A stretch of DNA of 64,000 nt from Octopus bimaculoides (lineage: Eukaryota): NCBI RefSeq assembly GCF_001194135.2, contig NC_068999.1, positions 47,323,571 through 47,387,570 of the forward strand, read 5' to 3'. This document shows positions 11,504 through 23,609 of this stretch, piece by piece (position 1 is the stretch's first letter; each line of letters begins with the position of its first letter). The notes under the pieces were generated by a model. The model did no database searches. It saw only the letters and a list, made by a program, of their open reading frames with translations, and had not been told where the DNA came from. A program made the position numbers and the translations under genes.

Positions 11504-11554
11504 ATGGAGGACCTTGCGGTGGAAGTATGCTGGCATAACGGGGCCTTTTTAAAG
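11504..11554 (+). CDS. FMR1: FMR1 coding exon 1 ([17 protein letters not shown])
   Basis: Strong Kozak context aagATGG; 51 nt; donor AAG|gtttgt; resembles the FMRP N-terminus MEELVVEVRGSNGAFYK. Confidence 0.93.
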
Positions 11555-14500
11555 GTTTGTTGCATCTCTCACTATTCCTATTTCATTTATCTTAACATAT
11601 ATATTATACCATGAACCGTTTTAACATTGAAACAAACAATAAAAACACTAGTGATACCATAAATTTCTTTTAAGCAACATCCGCGTGCATCAAAAGTTCT
11701 TGTGTAGTAGTCAAAATGTTGGCCGCTTTTAAGTAATTCTCGTAAATCTGGAGTTTCCTTTTAATTATTGTCAGTTTTTCACCTTATTTCAATTAATGTT
11801 GAATAAATATTCTCGATATATAGATTTCCTTCCTTAATATCTATCAATTAATACATGATACACTGCTGGACCTATGTCCTTCGTTGTATTCTAAATTAAC
11901 TTCTATTCACAATGGCTCGAATTGTGAGGAAATGAAATACCAAAATTTCTTCACTTTCCAACCACATAATGATAAGATTTCACAATTCAAGAAATCTCAT
12001 GAGTTTAACCCATAAAATAGTTAAATTTTATGAATTTAACTATTTCCTCGAATAGTACTACATTTTGCTAACGTTTTATCATTAGAACATACTAATAGGA
12101 ATTTATAAATATCCATTCTCTAAAGAACACGACGCGTAATATCCAACGAAATTTTGTCTTTTATTTAGGCTTTTATCAAGAATATTCATGATGATGAGGT
12201 TACTGTTACGTTTGAAGACAGGTAAGTTTGCTATTTGCCTCTTCTATTGGACGTGATTTCACAGAGAGAGAGAGATATACATGAAGAATTAGTATATGGT
12301 CGTCATGATAACACTCACTAATCCTTTTCTTATTCATCATTATTTGTGTGCCTTTTTTGAAATCAAAAGTACTTGTGTTCGTTTTTTTCTTCACTTTTTA
12401 TATCGGTAGAATAAAAAAGTTTAAATGTTTAGAAATTTAAAAGAGTTTGTTTGATAAAATTTTTAAAAAAATAATAAAAAGGAAAATGAAGAAAAAAAAA
12501 AACAAAAAGCAAATTGTTAACTCTAAAACATTTTCATTATTCTGTATGCTGGAGTTCAATGATGGGAGTTGGGAGACCGAACAAACTCCAGTAACTTGAT
12601 CCTACATTTTATAACCACGCGATGATATATTTGGAGATTTTTGTCAGTTAAAGAACAACGTAGAACAAACTATATACAACAGTCATGTTAGAGCTGCTTC
12701 TCTTCGTTCGCACACACACACATTTACCTGTAAAAGTCAGCAGCGTAAATTTTGTATGGTTATCTCTGGTTAGGTTTAATCACCAAGTAGTAGGCCATCA
12801 TAGTTTAGTTTTCACCATGAAGAATCTTTTGAAGTTTCATTTAGCCATTTTTACTGTACTTCTTGAATAGTTATAGTTGCGTAGTTTGCTAAATTTAAGT
12901 ATGTGTGTGTGTGTGAAGATGCGATGATAAAACCAGAAGCAGCCGAAGAACCGTGGACAAGTTTCAACTCATCAAAAAAATAAATAAATAAATGCTAATG
13001 GCTTAGACTATTTAAATATAATGTTGACTATTGGCGATTATATTGTTTATTCTATCAAGAAACTCCTTCTAATTATTTCGTATTTTGTTTCTTTTACGTG
13101 TAGCGAGGTTGAAATATTTTGGTTTGTTGTTCGTTAGGTTTCTCAAATGAGTTTTCAGATATTTGAATTACAGAATTAATAATTTTTTTTAATCTTCTAC
13201 ATAGAGGTCACCACGACAAATTTATCAATCGAATTTGATCATGCAATGTCTAGTTCTAATGATTTTAAAAGTTGCTCAATGTTGGTAATATAACCCAATT
13301 TTTAATTTTATACTGGGTTTGAAAGTTGTCGAGTAACCTCCTAGCTCTCATCGAGAAGGCTTCTCATCAGATTCATCCTTTTTTTTTTTTTTTTTTGGTT
13401 ATCTACGACTACATTATCCAATGTATCACTTTCTTTTTTAAGATAACAGGGTGTGATTTGACTATTACTTCTAGAAGATTGAACGCACACAGCGTATATT
13501 TGTTTTTATGGATACATAGTGAACATAGTTGCTTGACCGTGATAAGGTTTAATTTTTGAACTCGTTAAAAGTTTTTCACTTCGCAAGTTCTTATTTTTAC
13601 CGTCGTTCTAACTTCCTTTTATAAACAGTCATGAAATATTGAATTTGTCTTGTTTTATTTTAAACTCTTACCAGACTTTTACTTATTAGTTGGCTTACCG
13701 GCCCGTTTTAATATTTTTATGTTACATGAATATTTAATGTGAAATGTAAATGATTCTATTCCTCCTTCGACTTCATCATCGAAATGGATTAAATCGCCCA
13801 TACTTGTCTATGTGAGTGTGGCTACATAGTCATTTTCTATGAATAGGTAGACTGTTTGAGAACAGGCAACTGATAGGGGAAGATGCAAATAGAGACTGGT
13901 GTAGACGAAAGTACACAAATTGACAAATAGGCGTTGTTGGTACTTATGTAAGTTGTTCTGACTGACAAGCAGATTGATGATGTGATTGATTAGTCATTGA
14001 TAAATATATAGACACATGGGCATTTAAGGTCTTTTTGTGTTAGGTATAAAGGAGTTGCTGCAGTATTTACGGCATCTGTTGGCCCTCTTGCTGTCAAAGA
14101 CTAGAAATGAGATGGCAGTTAAATGAATTCTATGAAATTAATTTTATATTAAAAGAACAGAGATTTGGAATTAGCAAGTTATTTGTGTCTAAATAAGGTT
14201 GTGAGTGTATACATATGTACATATTTTGAAATGAATTCTTTACTAGAAGATATAGGTTGTTGTGTGTGAAAATGCCGTTTCGAAGTAAAGAACTTTCGGT
14301 TTTCAAAGTGAAACTCCTTCACTGAATGTGAAAGAGATTTAACAAGTATATTTCTATTGTCACAGTTATATAAAGTGCAGAGGACTAGACACCACAGCTG
14401 GTGGCTGGTCAGATTTAAGCAAATTTGGAAACTTTTTGTTAATATTTATCTTCACATTCTATACAGCTGCAACCCATTAACGCCACACAATCCACACATC

Positions 14501-17500
14501 ACATACTTTGCACAATTACTGTCTGATACTGAAATTCATAACAGAGAGTCGGAATATCTTTGCAAGAAATATTCCAAATTTTGTTTGAGCAGCGACTTCA
14601 GGTTAAAGATTTAGAAAATGAAGGATTTGAGGTTACAGAATACAACTGTTGTTGTAAGTTTGGTAGTTACAGTATATGTGCATCTGCTTTTAACTCTAAA
14701 CCTTTTGACATACAGAATTACATATTAATTTGAAGAATAGTAATAGAGGCAATGCCTTTGAGCCGTTAATATTTGGTATTAGTGATTGCTGTTAACACTT
14801 GGAATATTTTGGTCTGGACCACGAAAGTGAGAGAGCTGAAAATGATTAGATGAGAGATCAGTGTAGCAAGAATTTAAAAGGAGATACTGAGGGATACTCC
14901 CAGTTGTAAAGTATTGAGATTTAGACTGTTGGAGAACCCATAACCTTTATTAGTTCTTTTGGGCTGGTTTGATGTGATGATGTTCAGCTTATGTGATAAG
15001 TAGTGGGTGAGGGTTTTAAATCCATTTACCTATGATTATGCAAGGGGTGAAATCTGTCAGTAGGCTAAAGAAATCTGTTATGTATGTTACCCAGGAGCAC
15101 AACATTTATTTTTGAAATGATGAACATTAACATTACAGCTATACCCACACTCGCTTGATTTTGCATACACAAAGCTGTTGATGCTGGTATCTTGAAAAGC
15201 ACTTGATCTGTTCCAACAATGCAATTTGTGTTTGGATGAGCATCCAATTGCAAAACTCTGTCCCAAATTCTATGGTACTGATCAGGATCAAACATATAGA
15301 ATGACATTTTAGGTGCATGTGTGAACGAGTAGATGATAGAAGTGTAACAGTGGATTTTATTGTCAACACAGATTTTGCTGTCTGAAATGTTAATATTTTT
15401 CAGTCAGTGATAGTAGAGAATCTTCCAAATGGTCAGGTGTTCTTTTCTTCAGAGTTCAAGGAAATGAAATTTCATTTAACTTGATGTCCAGTAAAATATC
15501 CTTGAACTTAAGATACCTTTTTAAGACTAAATAAAATTTTATCCCATAGAAAAGACAGGACCCTGCTACCATCAGAGAAATGGGTATGTTTATTATACAG
15601 AAAAAAAGAGTTAGAAATGTCATGTGCTATTCCCAGTGTAAATTGTAGATACACAAGAGATGTGGGATTACAGGTAGACTTTGTATGTGGCAGATGCCTG
15701 TTAATAATTAGTAGTTAGATTACATGTGAAATAAATTCCTTCAGATGATGGGAAATCTCACAGAGGAAACAAACAGCTTTTGATGCAGTAGAGGTGGATG
15801 TTACGAAAGCATGTCAGCTAAAGTAAGAATGGGATGGGATAAGTTTTGTTGATAGCAAAGGATTACTTGTGTATCGACTGTGATGTTGCATGGTAGCAAA
15901 ATCTAGGACTTGAATGTGAGATTTGTTATGGTCAGAAAGAAAAGCAGCATGCATGCTTCATTGGAATTTTGATGGAGTGCAAATGCGTTGAAAAAAGCTG
16001 GATATATGAGGAATCCAATGTAGTATGCAAAGAGAAGGCTGTATTTATACAGGTATGAATAATGGTGTATATGGAGGATGTCTATTATCTGTAAGTGCTC
16101 AGTGCTTGATATTGAAGGAACCTATGGAAGAGAAACTGCGAAGACGGGTTGGAATATGAAGGTGATTACGAGAATTATGAGTAGCAACACAATGTTGGAG
16201 AAGCTCTGCTGCCCACCTGTCAGAATAGTGAAGGTTGGGATGTATATGTGCATCAGTTCTCTACCCCATTATATTCCTGTTAACTCTATGTCTACTCTCC
16301 TCTGTTACTAACCCTCTTTCCCTTTCACTGTACATCAGTACTTGTCTCAGAAGAATGACATTTGATCTAATTTTACCTCCTTAACACTCTACTGCTTTCT
16401 CACCGTTACCTTCTTCATTCTAATCCAGTACCCCCAACCTTCACTCTCACAGTGTCACTCTTCATTAGTATCACCCCCATCTCTCCTCCAGTTTATTACT
16501 TTCCTTCACTCTTGTGTTATCTCCTCTGTTGCTCTTTGTTGACATTTTCTTTTTTCCATCATTCTGTCACTCTTTGTCCCTTTTAGCTGCTTAAGATGTT
16601 TTGCTATTCAATATCTTTACCAACAACCAACATGTAGCTGCTTATCAATCTCTCCCTCTTCCTCTCCCACCTCATCACAGCTTCTCCCCTCATATTTGTA
16701 CTCTTTGTAACATTTACCTTAACTAAACAGACACAACATAGAGAGGACAGTTCAGCTATTTCAAAGACATGACAACCTCTCTGGTGTTGGTGCCAAGATA
16801 AAATGCACTCAATACACTCTGAAGTGGTTGATGAATTAAACAATATAAGGTAGAGAGGATTGTTTATTGTTGCTAAAGACATGACAACTTCAGATGCTAC
16901 AAGAAAATGTATCTAATACATTCTCTAAAACAGTGGTATGAATGGTATTTAACTGTAAAAACCATGTCAAAAATGGAGCACACTAGTAAGGCATGCTCTT
17001 CCGACTCCTCTAAGATAGCAGTGGCTCCAAATTTGAACTGGTTTGAGCCATGATGGTATGGAAAGCATAAAAAAAATGACAATGAATAAAGCTATTACTG
17101 TGATTAGGTATGGGATCCTAGAAAACCCATCTATGGTTTTATACATGGGTTTGAAAGGTGTAATTATTTTTAATACTACTTGTACATACCTGTTGTTTTA
17201 TGAACAGAATAAACGATATACTGTTACATTAAAATATAGCTATGTATTAAAAAAGGAAATAAAAATATACTTTGCTTTTTATCTTTGTACATATATATGC
17301 AACATTATATATGTTTTGTGTGTGTCTATACACACACACACACACACACTCCCACATAGAGTGGGTGCACAGGTGTGGGTTGTGTCAATGGGAAGTTTGC
17401 TTCTTGACCACGTGGTTTCAGGCTCAAGTCTTACTATGTGGCCACTTGGACATGTGTTTTCTACTATAGCCCTGGGGCCGACCAAAGCCCTGCGAGTGGA

Positions 17501-17768
17501 TTTGGTAGACCGAAAGTTGAAAGGGTCCCATCGTGTGCCCATGTATGTTTGTGTCCCCTTGTCTTCACATTGAGGGGTTGTTGTAAAATAAATGAATGTT
17601 GTTCATTTCAAATATTCTGTGTGAACATATCTGACCATGGAAATGATACCTTGCTTGGAAACAAGTAAAGGTTGGGCAGCTGGAAGGGTATGGAGCTGTA
17701 AAGAAAACTGCTTCAATAAAATTTATCTGACCCATGCAAATCTGGAAAAGTGAACATTAGAATGAGTC

Positions 17769-17805
<37 letters not shown>

Positions 17806-17949
17806 CTTGTTTGTCACTTGGTTGCAGCCATACTGGGGCACCACTTCAAATTTTTAGTTAGATGTATTGCCCCCCCCCCCTTTTTTTTTTAGAGACTTGT
17901 ACTTATTCTATCAATTCTGTTTTGCTAAACTGCTAAGTTNNNNNNNNNN

Positions 17950-17995
<46 letters not shown>

Positions 17996-20900
17996 GGCAG
18001 GCTTTTTTCAGTTTACTATCTACTGAATCCACTCACAAGGCTTTGATCAACCTGAGGCTATAGTAGAAGACATTTCCTCAAGGTTCCATGCAGTGGGACT
18101 GAACCTGGAAGCAAGCAACTTGCCACATCTGCTCCTTAAGGAGACCTATTGAGTCAAGTACAGCAACATCAGTCAAATCAAATGGAAAATGTAGTTGTGA
18201 GCCCCATGTGATTAAATAAGGAAAATGCAAAAAATATCTTTCTAAACAGATATGTGTATGTTTGGCCATTATCATTTTCCATGCTGGCATAGGTTGGATG
18301 TTTTGACAGGAAGTGAGCTGCTGATAGGCTGTACAGGCTCCATGTCGGTTTTGGCATGGTTTCTATGGCTGGGTGCCCTTCTTAATGCCAATCACTTTAC
18401 AGAGTGCACTGGGTGCTTTTATGCAGCACCAGCATGGGTGACTTTTATGGTGACAAAGTCACCAGGTATCTTGCAAGTTAGAAGTCCTTCAACTGGGAGG
18501 GAGTAGTGGTATTGAGGGGTGGGTGGCTTTGTGCCAACTGAGAGATTAAAGGTGTCAAGAGACAGAGATAGGTGACCTACTGTAGAGTACGATGAATTTT
18601 AAAGGTAAAATATATTTCTGGGGACAAATTACAATTTATAACATTGCTACTATGGGAAATTATTGCTCTGCTTTACAAATTTTTGCTTTACAAGTGGTCT
18701 CTGGGAATGAATTAACTCATATATCAAGGCATTACTGTATATCTTATATCTAAGATAAGTCTGTACAAGTGTATTTTATTTTCCAATGAATGTATTTTCT
18801 TTCTTTGATTTGTGGGGGTGGTTTGCAAGCAAACTGCCATCTTTTTTTTTTTTATCTAGATTCCTTACATAATCATATATTATTTAATCCCTTCGCCTGT
18901 CAAACTTTGTAGCATTTTTGAAAAGAGCAATGTGTCAGTATTATTGTCGTTGATTTCTTAACATTTAAATACTTTCTATGAAGTATCTTTTTGCATTCAT
19001 GTTATTGTTCAGCTTCTGAAAAGGATATTCACTAATTTTACACCATTGAAATGTATGTAAAGGATGAAATAAATTAATCATTCATGTGTTTTCTCATTAT
19101 TTAATCATCATTATATATGCGTATAAATGAAGATGAATAGATAGTCAGTAGTTCAAATCATGCTACAAATGTTTCAATAGTATAGTAATTTATTTGCACA
19201 GGATATATTACATAATATGATGCGAGTTCACTGCTAGCTCATGCGGGAATGCTACAGAGTTGATAACCACAGTGATTAAGATCCAAACCAATTGGTATCG
19301 ATCTATATATGCACGCACACTAGAAATACTAGCAGACAACTTGGTATGATAGTGTTATGTAGATATATTGCTAACGCAATAATAAAATGCACTCAATATA
19401 CTCTATGGAGTGGTTGATGAATTAATGAAGATAGTGTCTTGTTAATGGCATGATAGTTTCTGTAGTACTGATGTCACAAAATGTCTTGTATATACTCTAA
19501 AATGGATGATTATGAAGAGCATCCAACTTTAGAAATGATACCAAAAATGGAATATGTTAGATGTGGTCCGCCAACTCATCTAAGAGAGCACTTACTCAAA
19601 GAACTGGCTTAAACCATAATGGATTATCAAACCCTGTTCCTATGGAAAACGGATAAAAACAAAAACTTCAATGATTAAAGCAAACATTGGGGCCAGTTGT
19701 GAGATGATGGGGAAACCATCCACAGTTTTATAGAAGGGCTGTGCTTGATAACTGGACAGAATGCAGGATTCAATGAAATCAGCTTTTGAGTTATGGTATG
19801 GTGTGTGTGACAGATCCAGTAATAATAATTTAACCTTCTGCTGGAAAAGTGGATTATTGGTACATCTTCCTTTTGATACAGAAATTACTTTTGGTTCTAG
19901 GATACAAAACCACCCACTTTAAAAAGTGGGTGGTTTTGAATCCTAGAACCGAAAGTAGTCTCTGTATCAATAGGAAGATATTTCAATTTAAATGTTTTAT
20001 AATTTATTTATCTAGAGTTTTTTGTTTATTAGTGTTCCAAGCATCAGCTTGAGGACAAAAACGTTGTCTTGATTAGTTTCACAATGAATTGAAGGGTACA
20101 GGAAGTATATGTCATTAGAAATGTGTTAATGAATGGGTTAATAGCAAACAGCTGATGAAGAATGTGACAAATGCCTCCAGTCTTATAATTTAATAATCTA
20201 TTCCAAGATTATTGCAAACGGTTCCATCTCGAACGATGGCATTATTTTAGTAGGTTTGGAGAGGGATTGGAAGAATTGTTAGACTTGGCATCAGAATGGC
20301 AGAGTAGCAGAATCGTTAGCAAACCAATCGAAATGCTTAATAGCCTTTCTTCTGGCTTTACATTCTAAATTCAGATTCCACTGATGCCAACTTTACCGTT
20401 AATCTTCTGAGGTTAATAAAATAAGTACCGGTTAAACATTGGGGTTGATGTAATCGACTAGCCTCCTTTCCATAAATTTCAGGCCTTGTGCTTAAAATAG
20501 AATTATTCTTGTAGGTTTGCAAAAATTGAAAATGGCAAAAAGGTAGTTAAGTACGAAGAGTTGTTTTTTTGTGATGAGCTTCTTTTTAAATATACAGGTG
20601 TTTTTCAATCAACATAAAAAGAAAATAAGATATTTTATGCTAACTCTTTAGCATTTAAATTATTCTATCAAATGTAATGCTTATTTATTCAGTTTTGAAT
20701 TAATCATGTATAATGTCATAGCCTCAAGATTTCAATGATGTGATTTTTTTAATTTTTGGAATGACATTGTAGGGTAGGTGTGAAAGGCCAGATCTGGCCA
20801 GTTTGAACATAAAACAGGTAGAATATTGGGCTTCATATGGCAGGTTTAAATGCTAAAGGGTGATGTGAATGTCTTGGAGATGTAAGGAAACTAAAAAAGA

Positions 20901-23539
20901 AAAAATGTGCCTGCTATTTTCAGATAAATATACAATAACTTTTGAGTGAAAGAAGTCTGATAGTATTTGTGAGGAGACTTAATTTTTTTTTAAATGTAGT
21001 AAAAAGATAATTTTAAGTTTTGGAATGAGTGGTGTGTAAGAGAGGGTAGAGTTTATAGAGGTTTACATGTCCTGGGGTAAATGGTAATATGTAAAAAGAT
21101 TCATTCGTTAATAGCTGAATATTATAAAATAAATGTGTTGTAAGCAATGGATCAGAAATTAGGTTTTTGTTAAGGAAGGTTTGCTTGTAAAATATTGGTT
21201 TTATATTAGTTGTCTTAAAAAATTGATTGACAAGCAGAAGATTGATGAGAGGACAGGTCTTTAACCCTATCATGATGCTTTCCCGACTATCGCTCGAAGG
21301 ACTTGAACACCATCTCTGATGGATTCCCACTAAAGCGGTAATGAACAACACACTTAGAAGTAGTAGTTAAAATACTAATATTAGACAACTGTTCACATTG
21401 CGGCTTCGTTGTCAAGTGTGTTTATAACTCATTTGTTAATGGTGTCCTCCATAGCTGGTGTTTATTTTTGTTTTTAATGAAATAAAAACAATGATTTTGC
21501 AATGAAATGAGTGTGTGATGAACTCTGCATTTTGTCTTGTAAATGACCAAGATTTAGACTCTTGCAATTGAGGATATTTATTCTTTGGACAAAGAGCTTA
21601 CCCTTACACCAGCAATGAGTGATTCAGGTGAACAAATATAGTAGTTGAGAGAAAGGCCTATTGTTGTTCTGAATTTTTTTTTTTTTGTGATTCTGTCCAT
21701 GAGTTTGTTTGCAGTTCTTAATCTTTAGTTGATTATGCAACTTTTTATTTTGTTTTTGCTCAGGAGCCCAGGTGAAGGGTAAAGTTGGGCCCAAGGGGCC
21801 CAGGTCTAATAGGGCTAAGGAGCAACCATTGTATAGAAACTAACTTACATGTAACCAGTGAGGTAGATTTCAGTCTAATAATAGCTCGGTGTTTTAGATA
21901 AATTAAAAGATTTTATTTAGGACAACATTGCTCTTTTACAAATGCCCACTCACCACCATAAAAAAAATTTTTTTTTTTTTTTAAATGTTCTGGCCTACAT
22001 TCTAAATAAACTGAAAATGGATGAGTTTCAGAAATCTTACTGCTGGTTACTCATAAAGTGAAAACAATTGAAAATGTATATTATATTGAAGTTGTATATT
22101 ATAGACTACTCTTCTTATTACTTGAAATGAAAAACATGTAAGGGGAAAAGGACAAAAAAAATGTGGGAGTTTATGTGCAAAAGATAACTTAACAAAGAAT
22201 ATGCTTTGAATCAGTTGATTTTATAGAGGAAGATAATAGAGGAAAACATGATGGGACATGGATGTAGGAGAACATATTTTGTTAGAGGGTTATTTTCAAG
22301 GGGCTGTGAGCCTGTTTAAAAGACACCTTTATAGAGAAAATGAAATCTATTGAATTTGAACATTTTGCTGTCTAGAGGTTTTAAATTACTTTGTTACCTA
22401 CATCCTTGTATGTGAGTCAAATGGTTTACGATGTCTGTATGTATACCGGGGCAGTCATTTTCAAAAAGTTACCAATTGTTGGAGTATGTGTCATCATCAT
22501 CATTGTTTAACATCCGTTTCCTGTGCTGGCAAGAGCTAGACCAGGTTTAGACCAGTGCTTCTCAAACTATCTGATCTGGCATACTGGCAGTTTGTTTTTC
22601 CAGTGTACCAGGGACCGGTAATATTTCTTAGTAATATTAATTTATACCGGAAACAATATATATAATGACTATAATAAATGTTAACATTTTTTTTTATCTT
22701 ACATTTATTTTGTAAACAAATGATACAATGTTACAAAAGCATTTTATAAAGTTTCTTTCTGTTCTGGAAACTCGCAACATACTGGCAGCTGATGACTTGT
22801 GGACCATCACTTTGACTAGCAATGAGTTTAGATGGTTTGACAGGAGTTGTCCAGACCCCAGTTCTCTGTTTTGGCATGGTTTCTACAGCTGGATGACATG
22901 TGTGGATGACTGTGATTTTACTTGGCTTGACACATCTTCTCAAATACAGCAAATCACCACAACTCGTGGTCTTTTGTCATTTCTTCAGTGCTGATATTTT
23001 TGGCCCCGAAGAGGGAGATTAATTTTAGCCGTGTTGAGGATGTTAGACCCTAAGCGAAGGTGAGATGTAATGTTTGTAGTGACTTTGAGGGTGTTAGTTG
23101 CTTTTCCATTCATGTTTGGGTCAGGATTGATGTTGTTTTCTTGATAATGTATAGTGATTCATATTTGACAGGACACCACCAGGGAATGTTTCTGAGGTCT
23201 CGCTTTAGGAGGCAATGCAGGTTTGATGGGAAAGGGTCAAGCATTGTTGTAAATGGTTAGGAAGGGCTGAAAAATGATAGCATCTGTGGAAGTGTAAGCA
23301 GTGTTGAAAGCTCCTGTAAGTAGTACATTGGTGTATTGGATAATGTGTTTTGTCCCCCACACAGCTCCCCAAGAAAGAGATGGATTTCTGGGGAATTGGA
23401 TATGCTGAAGCATACACACATATATATAGTAGAAATATGTTACAAAAAGAAAATAGAAACTACAAGTGGAAATGTAAGGGCAAAGTAAGAAGAAAAAAGT
23501 GAAAATGCACATTGGAAATCAAAAAAAAGTAAAGCCTTC

Positions 23540-23609
<70 letters not shown>

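Noticed and set aside
13205-13284. 80-nt cassette exon in FMR1 intron 2 with a good acceptor
   Set aside because: It has an in-frame stop, a modest donor and no homology to the family; there is no independent support.
17043-17573. 176-aa ORF and other 60-150-aa ORFs in the track
   Set aside because: They run through SINEs, microsatellites or low-complexity DNA and show no protein-family motifs.
21013-21380. Possible Penelope/GIY-YIG remnant on the minus strand
   Set aside because: No catalytic motif could be read with confidence.
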